Positions 48,701 through 59,764 of a stretch of DNA of 64,000 nt are shown piece after piece. Numbering within the stretch: the first letter of the stretch is position 1; the number at the start of each line of letters is the position of its first letter. The stretch is from Lama guanicoe. Lineage: Eukaryota. A program made the translations under genes and the position numbers. The notes beneath the pieces are model-generated. The model made no database searches and was not told where the DNA came from. It was given only the letters and a program-made list of their open reading frames with translations. The stretch is taken from positions 8,356,144 through 8,420,143 of the forward strand of contig MU054908.1 in the NCBI GenBank assembly GCA_013239625.1. The letters run 5' to 3'.

Positions 48701-49867
48701 CCTTTTTTTTTGCTTCTGGCTGTGATTTGTGATATGGAAATGAGAAGTTGGTTTTTTTTCTTAATTTTGTTACCACTCTGCCTTCCCAGCAAGACACTGA
48801 ATGAACCTAATGCAAGGACCTGAGGATGCCTCATTAGCAGGAGTATTAAAGGGCCTTGAAGAATTGTTGTAACAGCTAATGGAGATCAGACTGGCTGGGG
48901 GGCAATTATTTCTCCCTGAAAACAAAACAAAACATAAAGCCATAGGATTTTTTTCTTGGTGTTTTTGAGTCATAAGGATCCTTCGAGATACATCTAGGCT
49001 GGTTTTCTATGTAAGTTTTTCGACCCTTACAAGACCATGAAAGCTATAATAGGGTTCTCAGGCCATTGTCCTTTTTGATTATTATTTGCTTTATTAATTC
49101 TTTCCATTACAGAACAATGTAATTATACAAATAAGTCTATGCTAAATATATGTAAAAAAGGTTTAAAATATCCTTCAGCCCGTAATCTCAAACTATTTTC
49201 TGTATTTTAAATAACCCCAGAGAAGCTGTGCATTTACTTGTAATGAGAAGGCAAAAGCCGTCTGAAATATCAAATTTCTTTGCCTTTGACTGGCACTACA
49301 TCAAATTAACACTGTTACACTATCTAGGCAGATGCTGATCCCAAGTTCTAATTGCCAGTTCTGCATGCTGTTGTTGAGAACAATTGGGAAGACCTGATTT
49401 TTACTTAATTAATAGCTTGGTAGCAAAGTATGAGCCCATATGAGAATTAAAGGGTATTTTTGATGGTAAAAAGATCCAGAATTTACCATCATTTGCTGCC
49501 TGGCCTAGTGTCTGTGGACCTAATCTATTTATATAGGTCCTGACTCACACCCAGGAGGTGGCTCATCAGCCTCTCCTTCAGAAGGTGGCCCAGTCTGGGG
49601 ATACAGCTGACAGAGGTAATGGGTTATTGATTTTCATATTGCCATTGAGTAATGATCATATTCGTCTGCATTCTCATTCTCACGGCAACTATGAAAAAGT
49701 AAATTTCTGGATTTAATGGGCTCCAATAGTTATTACCAAGGTGACATTTATGCTTCTGGAGACTGTCAATTCTCAAATAATGAAATCAAGAACCATCAAC
49801 CATCAAGCTAGGAGTAGTCTCAACAGTCTCTTTGTTGAATTCCTCCATTTCTGGGCTTCCAGCTCAA

Positions 49868-50020
49868 TGCCAGCTGAGCTGAGAAATGGGATATCATGGG
49901 TTTTAGAATCCTGCATCATCTTCTTACTAGCTACATTCCCCCTATGTAAAAAGAAGAATACTAACGCCTATCTTGTAGGATGGGATCATTATTAAATGAA
50001 AAATTTACCATACGAGTCTG
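49868..50020 (+). mobile_element. MIR
   Basis: gggttttagaatcctgc...ctatgtaaaaag...attaaatga. Confidence 0.55.
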
Positions 50021-50574
50021 GTAAAACCTTTTTTTTCCCCCTGGGTGTAAGAATTCTCACTATGCCTTCAGCCTTCCTGTATATATCAGACCTGGTGTGA
50101 TTTGAAGTCAGCAAAGGAGAGAACGCTGTATTTGCCTCTCTCCAGAGGCAAATTTTTACCAAGGTAAAAGCAGAATTAGGTGGTACTCTTCCATGAAATA
50201 TTCACAGGTATATTACACAATAAAAAGTTTTTGTGAACAAAACTTTTGGGAAATGCTTAAATAAGCCAAGTGCCATAGCTATCTTTATTTCAGGTATTCT
50301 CAGAGTTTTTTTTTTTTTTTAAAGATGGCTTTCTATCACCAATAGGGTGATGTATGAAGTGGTTCCCAAACTTATTTGACTCTAGAAATATTTTTACATC
50401 CAGAATATTGTGTTGGAGTAAAAATAGAAGAAAAGACTTTGGCGAGAATGATCATATAAAATTCATATAGTTTGACATTTGCTTGTTCAGCTTGTGTGTG
50501 CCTGCCCCAAACAAACTGGGCATTGGCTCAGTCTGCACTGATGAACATTCCACACAACACTGCATGGATCCTAT

Positions 50575-50856
50575 ATGCTGCATGAATTTACGCAGCAACT
50601 TGTCCACAGGCAGCCATCTGGCCTCTGCTTGAATACCTCCAATAATAAGGATCACTGCCTTCCAAGGTCGCCTCTTCCAGTTTGCACAACTCTTTTGGCT
50701 AGAAAGCCTTTTCTTATCTTGAGTGGCCATCTGTCTGCTTGTGATTTTTCTCTATTGGTTATAGTTCTGCTTTCTGAGTGTATTGTAAATTTCTAAAACT
50801 TTACACTATTTTTTCCCCCTTTTCTTTCCTGCTGCCCCAGCATCCCTGAAAATAGG
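50575..50856 (-). mobile_element. L3/CR1 fragment
   Basis: catctggcctctgcttgaatacctcc...tcactgccttccaagg...ttccag...tagaaagccttttcttat. Confidence 0.7.
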
Positions 50857-50857
50857 C

Positions 50858-51258
50858 TGTGAGTACTCCCCCTAGGTGACCAGGTGCACCATTGTGATAG
50901 GTGGACCCCTGCCACAAGTTCCCCTTCCTGCCCTCCCCTGACTGTAATCTAGTGACAAACGCATCACTGAAGTCCCCTTGCACCTTTTCTTGTGTATTCC
51001 ATCCTTACGCCCAGTAAAGGTGCTTACCCACGGATCCTCACTCTTTCTTGGCTCCCCACCTCCTTGGTTGAGCTGTTCCTTTGTCTCAGCTTTCCTCCTT
51101 CTGTGTGGCCCTTTATGGTGTGCGGTGGTGACTCTGTCTCTCCAGGGCCTGTGAGTATAATAAGCTTTGTTATCCTGTGTCTCTCCTGTGTCCCCTCTTG
51201 TGGCCACACCTGACAGACCATCACCTAAAAGAACAGAACTCTCAGGCAGGTTAAGTTT
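50858..51258 (+). mobile_element. Probable ERV solo LTR (ERVL, MER54/MER74-like)
   Basis: Starts with TGT, has LTR-like composition and carries a poly(A)-signal-like ctgtgagtataataagcttt near its 3' end. Family uncertain. Confidence 0.45.
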
Positions 51259-51399
51259 ATAATGTCTTATTACAGAATCAAGCCAAGCTTACTGTCCTAT
51301 ACAAGGAGAAACTCCTTTCTCTTCACTCCAACTTCATTTACTCTGGGTCTTAAGCTATTAATGCTTAGTTTGCCTGAGCCATTTCTCCAAGGAGCAGAT

Positions 51400-51830
51400 T
51401 CACTTGCCTGCTTTCCTTACTTAAAGAACTGCTTGTGTAAGGCATTGTTCCTAATGCTGAAAATAAAGAAAGCCATCAGACATGTCCTACCCTCAGAAAT
51501 GCTAACAGTCTTGGGGGGTAGACAGGCCTGCAAAGAGATACTAATGATGCAGTCAGATATAATACAGTGAAAGTTGAGGTGCTACAGGAGCACAGAGGAG
51601 GGAGCCACTATGTCTGCTTGGGAAGAGCAGAGAAGACTCCCTAAAGGGGGTGATATTTGATCTGCTTCTTGAAAGATAAACAAGAGTTTCCTAGGTTGAT
51701 AAGGGGGGGAATAGGCATTTCAGAAAAAGATAACATCATGTAAAAGTATATGGGCTCTATTTGGGGAGCAGGGAATCTTGGTAACTCTGGAATGTAGGCA
51801 GTATTGAGGCACTACAATTAAAGAAGCAGA
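51400..51830 (-). mobile_element. L2 fragment
   Basis: gtcctaccctcagaaatgctaacagtct...gtgctacaggagcacagagg...ggtgatatttga. Confidence 0.75.
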
Positions 51831-51992
51831 GTGAGAGATAAGACAATGTTTTTTGACCCCAGGGCCTTCTGCAAGAAATGAGAGAAAAAAAATAGTTATT
51901 GAAGGGGGGATCAAGTACACAGGGGAGGGATTAATCTTGGAAATAAGGGGTGAGGTTTTGTAGAGAGTAGAACAAGTTTGGATAAAAGCTAT

Positions 51993-52406
51993 GAAGAGTG
52001 AAAGAAGTCAATCTGAAAAGGCTGTGTGATTCTAACTGTGACATTCTGGAAAAGGCAAAACTATGGAAACAGTTAAAAAATCAATGGTTCCCAGAGGCTG
52101 GGGGAGTAGAGAGATGAATAAGCAGAACACAGAGCATTTTTATGGCAGTGAAAATATTCTATGATACTATAATGGAGGGTACATGTCACTATACACCTAT
52201 TCAAACCCATAAAATGTACAGCACCCAGAGTGAACCCTAATGTAAGTTATGGACTTTGAGTGATTATGATCAGTTATAGCAAATGTACCACTCTGATGGG
52301 GGAGGCACATGTAGGGGAGGAGATAAATGGGAAATCTTTGTACTTTCCTCTCAGTTTTGCTGTGAACATAAAATACTCAAAAAAAAAAGTCTTAACAAAC
52401 ATTTTA
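51993..52406 (+). mobile_element. L1MC1/2-type 3' end with possible TSD AAAAGCT(A/G)T
   Basis: acattctggaaaaggcaaaactatgg...gagtgaaccctaatgtaa...tatggacttt...ttttgctgtgaac. Possible TSD at 51984-51992 and 52407-52415. Confidence 0.85.
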
Positions 52407-52870
52407 AAAAGCTGTATATGAGACATAGAGTATAAGAGATGGGTAAGTATGCTCAGCAGCAGTGGGGAAACAGCATTAATTTGTTTAAGAGCCAGAGACT
52501 AGATTTTGGTGCCTTTCTCTGTGGTATCAGTTCAGACAGCAGGTAGGAAGCATTTTGAATTAAGCACAAGAGACAAAAATCAAAGTAAGACAATGAGGGC
52601 AAAAATATTAAATCTGCAAAACATCACATACTCCTAAAGAGCATCAACAACCCCTACTGCTACTACTATTACAAGTGCAACTTTACTAATAAAGTAAAAC
52701 ATCAGAAGAGGATTCTAGGGTGATGGCAATAATATTGTTAAATGATTGACCAAGGATCCAGTCGAAATGGAAAGAAAGTAAGACCAGAACTGGATTTGGT
52801 AGACCAAGAGGAGTGGACAACTGTAAATCACAATGAGGCAGAAGGCATCATAAAGCTGAACAAGACCCAA

Positions 52871-53266
52871 TATTAGTCAGAATAAGTAAGACTAGTTGCT
52901 ATAACACCCTAAGTTCCAGTGTCTTAACACAATAAAGGTTTATTTCCTGCTCAGGGGAAATCTGGTGCCAGTGTTCAGTAAGATGGATTTCCTCCAGGTG
53001 GAAATTCAGAGATCCAGGATCCTTCCATCCAGCAGGTTCTTGGAGTCCTCAACTTGTAGCTGAGCAATTGGCAAGAGAAAAAAAAAATGCAAATCACAAA
53101 TTAAATGTTAGGGGTCAGTAGGCAGTGGTCTACATCACTTTCACCCATATTTCATTGGCCATATGTTGCTTCAAGACACATCTAGACATATTGCAATTTG
53201 TCCCTCTTTGTGTTCACAAGGGAAACAAAATGATTTCCTGCAAACATAGCATTGCCTCTGCAACAC
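52871..53266 (-). mobile_element. Ancient MaLR solo LTR (MLT1J/K-like)
   Basis: tattagtcag...cttaacacaataaaggtttatttcctgctc...acatcactttcacccatatttcattggcca...gcctctgcaaca. Confidence 0.7.
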
Positions 53267-53269
53267 AAA

Positions 53270-53750
53270 GCCACTACCTTCACAATCTAACATAAACAAG
53301 GAGACAGACAACCATCGTTATTTCAACAAGACAGTCACAAAGTATGAACTGGGTTCTGTGTGGTTTCATAGGAAAGAGTGATTAATTCTGGCTGAGTGAG
53401 TCCAAAGCATTACTGAAAGACTGGCTTTTAACCTGAGCCCTGAAGAATGCTTGGGAGAATGCAAAGACAGGGAAGAAAATTCCTTATGGAAAGAGGCACA
53501 GTGACCAAAACTCAGAACTTTGGAAAAACATGGCATGGAGGATGAAGCTTTTAAGAGAGAAAAGTTCAACTTACAGAATGTGCAGCTAATTTGAGGGTAA
53601 AGTGAGACCCAATAAAAGATTTTAAAGCACATGTTTGACATGATCAGACTAAATATTAGAAGAATAGTTTACAAAAATGTAGAAGTTTGTTTGGAACAGA
53701 GCAATGTAAAAGGTTTTGCAGTGGTTTGGAGAGAAATGATGAAAACTCTG
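53270..53750 (-). mobile_element. L2 fragment
   Basis: ctgagccctgaagaatg...gattttaaagca...gacatgatcagac. Confidence 0.55.
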
Positions 53751-54339
53751 TAATTTTTCCATCTGTTTCCCAGTCACTGATGTTAGGCTGTTAACCTGAG
53801 CTGAGAGAACTCCATCTTTCTCCAGCTTCTAAGACCCATAACCTCATTCACATACCTCCTTTAACCTACTCTCTCCTAAGTAATAGTGGACTTAGCTTCA
53901 TTTTTTAAAACTTGCCATATTCTTGGTTAGTTAAAATTTACTTTTTATAGTCAGAAAGACTATAGAGATTGACCACAGTGGTGGAATTTCAAGCGCTGGA
54001 AAAGCTGAAAAGAACATTCATTTTGAAAAGAACATTCTTTTATGTTCTCATGAATAAGGCTGCCTATATGAGATGTCTCTTTGATTTCTGCATGTACTAT
54101 TAACACAAACCGGGTGAACCAACGAGTTAGATTAAACAGATGGGCTTGCTTAGAAAAATCAAAGCTATCATAATTCCCTCTTTTGAACACCACCACTTTT
54201 GTATCCAGCTCTGCCTCAGGAGCAGTGATGGCTTATTTTATGGACTGTACTGTTCCTGGTTATCACTTAAAAACTGTTGTATTTTTTTAAACAGTATCAG
54301 TTTAGGCCACGATGTCATATCCTTCCCTCCCCAAAGTGT

Positions 54340-54560
54340 CTCTCAGAGGAGTTTGAGCAGTTTACATTGTCAATATGAAACTGGCAAATTACTGACAGCA
54401 CTGGGGAAAAAAGGGGGATCAAATAGCAAGATCAATGAGACATAACTGAGTAACAATATGGTGCCTATTATCTGCTGTCAATTAAACTGCCAGCCTTAAT
54501 TGGTGCTGTGTTTGAAAATGTGGTAAGTAATGACACAAATACATACACTAATAAATGTGA
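54340..54560. promoter_or_regulatory. Candidate conserved enhancer (SOX/MEIS/homeodomain motifs)
   Basis: CATTGTC, TGACAG, AACAAT, CTGTCAATTAAA and TTAATTGG in repeat-free sequence. Confidence 0.4.
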
Positions 54561-54919
54561 AGCTGGGAGTTTTCTTTTGTGGTTTTATTTTTTCTTTCCA
54601 GTTCTCAGCTCTTTACCCGTTTCTGTCCCCTGCAGACAAATACTGCTATCTATTGTCTAAGAAGAGTGTCATTCAGTCTCCAAACAGAATTGCTAGTTAG
54701 ACTTTTCTGTAAAAAGGCTTTCAGACTCCCAGATAATAGACTCACTATTAGCTTGGGGTCCTTGTGTGAGTGACTCGGATTGACTGACTAAGCTACCGAA
54801 CCATTTACTATGCATCAAATGTCCAGAAGGCATTATCACAACACTCAAGAACCTTGAGGCTTTAGCCTTATTTCTTTTATCTATTACACCAAATATAGGA
54901 AGAAAATAAAGTTCTGTAG

Positions 54920-55400
54920 TGTCTATTTAACAGATATTTACTGAATACTTGTTATGAACATTCAAGATAAGATGGGATAGGAAGTGAAGATAATCAAAAC
55001 CCTGTCTCTACACAAGGAGTTCATAGCCCAATAGGGAGATATACATATAAACTCCTGGCAGAGATTCTAGGGTAATGGAAGGATGGGGCAAAGGGGACAG
55101 AGACACTTGGAAAAAGATAGATTCAACTGGATTATGATCGTTGGTTTTAGGCTAAAAAGGTTTTAAACCTTTACTGTGGGTAGGCACTGTGCTAAGCCTT
55201 TTGCATGCAAAATCTCATCTAATCCTCACAACAATTATATGATATGGGAATTATTATTCTTAGATCCAAATGAGAAAATTAAAGCTCAGAAAGGATAGGC
55301 ATTTTTGCCAAACTGCAAAAAGGAAGGATTGACCTGGAATAGGTGAGTTTAAATCCAGTCCTGTCTAACTCTACAGCCTGTCATCTTAACTGTTGCTGTG
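54920..55400 (-). mobile_element. L2 tail (about 54920-55140) followed by MIR (about 55165-55400)
   Basis: atttaacagatatttactgaatac, then taggcactgtgctaagc...atctcatctaatcctcacaac. Confidence 0.7.
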
Positions 55401-55721
55401 CTTCCTCCTGGGATACTGAGAGGAGAGAAAGAGGTTGAGGGGTACAGATGAGGCCGAGGTTTCAAGTAAAAGTGATGAAAACAATACTGGTGTATTTCCT
55501 GAAATATGAAGCACAGATTACAGCACCGTTCATATCCAGTTTTCACTGTGTTGGTTCAATTTGCGCCATGTTCATGTGGTCTAAGTTAGGTGAATGAAAA
55601 GTGGGTAAGTTACCCTGAAAAATTAATGATTCTGTTCATTGTAATTCAGTTTATTTGGGTAAATAGAAGGACCTTAAGCAGTCTGTCGGTTGAAAATATA
55701 TGAATCTGGAGAAAAGTTATC

Positions 55722-55980
55722 TTACTCATTCATTCATTTATAACAAACACTATGTTCTAGGTATTATTCTAATCCTTTTGTAGAAAAAGATTCATTTAAT
55801 TCTCATAACAGCCTCATGACACTGATACTGTTTTCTTCCACTTTACAGATTAAAAAAACTGAGGCAAAGAGAAGTTAAGTTGCTTTTCCAAGGTCTCTCA
55901 CCTCCTAAGTGGTATTCTTGTATTTAAACCTAGGCAGACCCAGTGGAAATCTACAGTCATAACCACTGAGAACACCACCT
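55722..55980 (-). mobile_element. MIR
   Basis: ttcatttaattctcataacagcc...tttacagatt...actgaggcaaagagaagttaagt. Confidence 0.8.
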
Positions 55981-56647
55981 CTACTTCTAGTTGATGGTGG
56001 AATGACCTACAGCTACTGGACTCTTATATGGAGGCTAATCCCTTCTCTAGTTTCTAGAACCAGCCCTGTTCCTTTCTGTTTTAAGGAGGAACTGGGTCAG
56101 CAGCCCAGGCTTATTCTGCTCTGCCCCTGGGTGGGCTGCTTTGGGAATTTGACTCTTCCCTTGCTCCTGTGACCAAGATATTTTATTGATTTCATTTTGG
56201 GGAACTTTCTCTTCTCATGTTCTGTTCCCTTATGGCAGGAAGAGGCTCTACCCGGATAATTTCCCCAGGAACCAGACCTGCAAGCCTCAGAGCTTTGATG
56301 GCAAACCCTAAACAAATGACTGAGGCTCTGCCACCCCCCTTACAGATGCCTCCTGGAGTCCAGAACCTTCCCAGGTTTCCAATCATTGCCTGCCCCCAGG
56401 CTGGTCGTCATACCCAAGCCAACCTTTGGGGTAATCTCTAATCTCATGGTAGATGTCTTTGATGCCAATTTCTGCCTGGATGCCCCCTTGTCGCTTGTCA
56501 CCATGCTTTCTGTGCCACACCTTCCAAATTGACTCCATTATCTACCCTACTCTCTGCTTTCTTTCCTACCCAGGGGAAAGATCTAATTTCGGGTTTCAGA
56601 CTCATATAGGTAACTTTTCAATGTACTACATTTTAAAATAAATGACA

Positions 56648-56830
56648 TGGGAGGGAGAAGGTGTAGGGGGAAGGGAAGAAGGGATAAATGGGAGAGGGAA
56701 GGAGGAGACAAAGAGGAAGGGAATGAAAAAGTAGGGAGATAGAGGGAGGAAGGGAATTAGGGGATATGGAACAGGAATGAGAGAGTGAGGGAGACGAAGG
56801 GAGAAAATTGGGGAATAGAGAAAAAAGAAT
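56648..56830. repeat. Polypurine (G/A-rich) low-complexity tract
   Basis: About 180 bp that is overwhelmingly G/A on the + strand, with many GGG/GGA runs. Confidence 0.85.
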
Positions 56831-57264
56831 GTAGCCATACCATTTTAAAAAATAAAATTAAAAATATAGAATCATGCCCACCATTCTCAGTTAGTAGATA
56901 CTCTTTTCACCGGACACGCAACAGAAGCAAAACAATCCCATGACCTCAAAATCCCGCAATTAACCTTGAAGTAGTTAGGGAATTGTTAGCCATGCTGTTA
57001 ACAAGAATAGCTTCACTTTGAATGTTGCCGCCACGCATTACACTTCCTAGATTCTCTCCTCCTCTAAGAGCTTTTCTGCTTTTGCTTGGATTTTAGTATC
57101 CTATTGAGGAAAGTGGTTTTATTTCCAACTACACTTACACACTTTACTGTAGCAAATATTTGGGGAAAAAAGGATATAAAAATATCCTAGGGATTGCCTA
57201 TGCAATGACAAAACCAATAGGCAATTTGATGAAAAATTGTAATTAGTCAAACCTGGCTATGGAT

Positions 57265-57620
57265 TCTTCAATTCACTTATTTGCCAAGCACCTGCTAGGT
57301 GCAAGACAATGTACACACATGGTGAGAGATATTTTGCCTAGACTCAGATGACACCTGCCCTCAGAAGGGTTTCAAGCTATTTCAGGATAGGAAACATTTA
57401 CACAAATAACTATGACACAGGACAAGAAGGGTATAAAATGAGAAGTGATATGGGTTGTATAAAAGGGAGATTGGGGCTGAAAAAATTGAGGTGACACTTG
57501 AATGAACCTTCACAGTCACTGAAATGGGAGAGAAAGCCAGAAGCACTCCAGGTGAAAAAGCACAAGTAAGAATAAAGGTAGAGCAGTGGGGAAGAGAAGA
57601 ATGCTTGAGGACCAGTGGAC
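57265..57620 (-). mobile_element. L2 fragment
   Basis: ttcacttatttgccaagcacctgctaggtgc...cctgccctcagaag...gaggtgacacttgaa. Confidence 0.65.
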
Positions 57621-58059
57621 AGATTAGTTTGGGAAGACTTGAATTTTACACACTTTATTGATGGAAAATAACAATATCACTTTTGAGAGAATAGTGGGAG
57701 AGAGAATTCGGAGGAGAGAGTCTTATTCTTAAGGATGTTTTTCAGCTTAAATTAAAACTGTGTTAGAAATATTTTGGTATAGTTTTTTTATAGTTCTCCG
57801 TTTTTCTGTTTGTATTTACTTTCAAGTTTCCTATTCTAGGATATCTGAGACATTTCCTGGGCTCCACTACTCTCATATGAGACAAAGGAATCATACCATT
57901 TCCTTTGCAGAGGTATGGTAAACAGATAGGTACTCATCCTTTTGCTGGGAGCCAAAGTAATCCTGAATTGACAGTCTTTCGGGGGCCTAAAAGGATCACA
58001 CAAATTTCTGATCCTGAGAAATCTGACTCATTCATACAAATGAGGAAGACAGTCAGAGA

Positions 58060-58320
58060 AAGAGACTCATTCCACAAATGTTTATTTAGCAACCATAAGG
58101 ATTCTGTCTGAGGGATACAGAGATGAGTTATGCATGTGAGGGGCTTACAGTGGGGTCAAGAAGTCAGGTATCATTATAACCAACCCAGTCAACCCAGGTA
58201 AACATGCTTTGGTCGAGGCACCTTGGAAGGAATAATTAGTTTAAGCTGGAGGCAGTGGTACAGCCAGGAAGGCTTCACAGAGAAAGGGACACTTGGCTCT
58301 TGGAGAAGAAGCTGTGGCAT
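58060..58320 (-). mobile_element. L2 fragment
   Basis: ctcattccacaaatgtttatt...gggatacagagatga...caggaaggcttcacagag. Confidence 0.6.
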
Positions 58321-58502
58321 GGTCTGAAGTACATGATGTAATGGTGATGCTCAGGTGGTTCAGAGGAGGATGCTGTGCACTCTTGGCATTTCCTGGGGAC
58401 CCTTCTTGGAAAGGCCTCTTGGTGACATCTCTGAACTAGCTTGCCTTCGGCACTGTAAAGATTGATTGCTTTATCAAAACTATTTGGCCAGCTTGCCTTT
58501 TA

Positions 58503-59100
58503 AACCTTTCGTTGTGGAGAATTTTAAACGTATACAAAGGAAGACAGAAGAATATAATGGACCTCCATATACCCATCATCCAGCTTCAGCAACTATCAAC
58601 CTGTGGCCAATTTTGTTTTCCCTAAGCCACTATTCTACCTCCTCCTCTTCCACGTTATTTTAAATAAACCCCAGATATCAGAATTTTTTGCCCATTAATA
58701 TGTCAGTATGTATTTCTATGAGATAAGGACTTCTTAGCACTATTTTTGTAGTATAATTTGTATTAAAACAATGTAAGTTTCTTTTAATCACTACTTTGAT
58801 TATGTAAGAAACACATGCTCACTGTAGATAAATCAGAATATACAGATCAACAAAAAGAATAAGAATCTTAAAATCACCTATATCCCTCCTACCTAGAGAC
58901 AGTTCTCATTTTCATTTTGTTATATTAATTCCCAAGCATTTTTCTTGTGTATAAATCAAAATTATTTCATATTTTACATAGCATATTTTAACCATTTCTT
59001 TTAATCTTAACAGTGTAATCACACAAACACATATAAATACATGCAATAAACTCTCTATCACTGGGAATTTTGTTTGTTTTCTAAATTTCCCAAATTTGAC
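58503..59100 (-). mobile_element. Ancient L1MC5/L1ME 3' fragments
   Basis: aattttaaacgtatacaaa...cccatcatccagcttcagcaactatcaac...gataaggactt, and acatgctcactgtag...cctagagacag. Confidence 0.65.
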
Positions 59101-59569
59101 TTTTTCTCCATGTTCCTTGGCATTCTATGTTCCTACAGGACTCTGAACTTAAAGTTCTTCACTGCTTTACTTATTCTGTTCTTGTTTATTTATGAATAAA
59201 GCTCTGCTTACTCATAATAGACAGCTTTTCCATTATTTTCAATTCTTAACACTTTAAAAGAAGTATTTGGTATTTAAGTAAACTTTAAACTTTTTTTTCA
59301 AAGTTCTTGTTAATAAGTTAGTTTACCTTTATATAAAAGAAAATTAGAAAATAATTTTTTCATAAATTAAATTTGTGACAAACTGACCACAGTGATATGC
59401 ACTGAAGGGATTCATTATTTAGTGTTTAATGCATTTTTAATCCAATTCTTGAAAGATAATTTTTAAAGTGCAAATTATATAAGTTGATACAGAGCCAGTA
59501 AAATCTTTTTCCTCATAATTATGTTCAGAAAGAAATTGTTTTACTACTCCAAATTTATGTGCACTTTTA

Positions 59570-59745
59570 AAAACAATTTTACTGAAGTATAATTAGTGTA
59601 TAATAAACTGAACTCATTTAAAGTATAAGTTATGAGTTTTGACAGACGTATACAGTGGTAAAACCATCATCATCATCGAGATATAGGACATTTCCATTAT
59701 CCCAAAGTTTCCTCATACCCTTCTGTTCCCTCTGTTCTGTTTTTA
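59570..59745 (-). mobile_element. L1MB/ME-type 3' end
   Basis: ttttactgaagtataatt...aataaactg...tttaaagt...gagttttgaca...ccattatcccaaagtttcctc. Confidence 0.75.
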
Positions 59746-59764
59746 TTTAATGTTTCTAAAAATT

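Noticed and set aside
54006-54037. Direct repeat TGAAAAGAACATTC x2 (also TTTGCAAATATG x2 near 61050)
   Set aside because: Simple local slippage duplications, not an array with spacers; no CRISPR-like structure.
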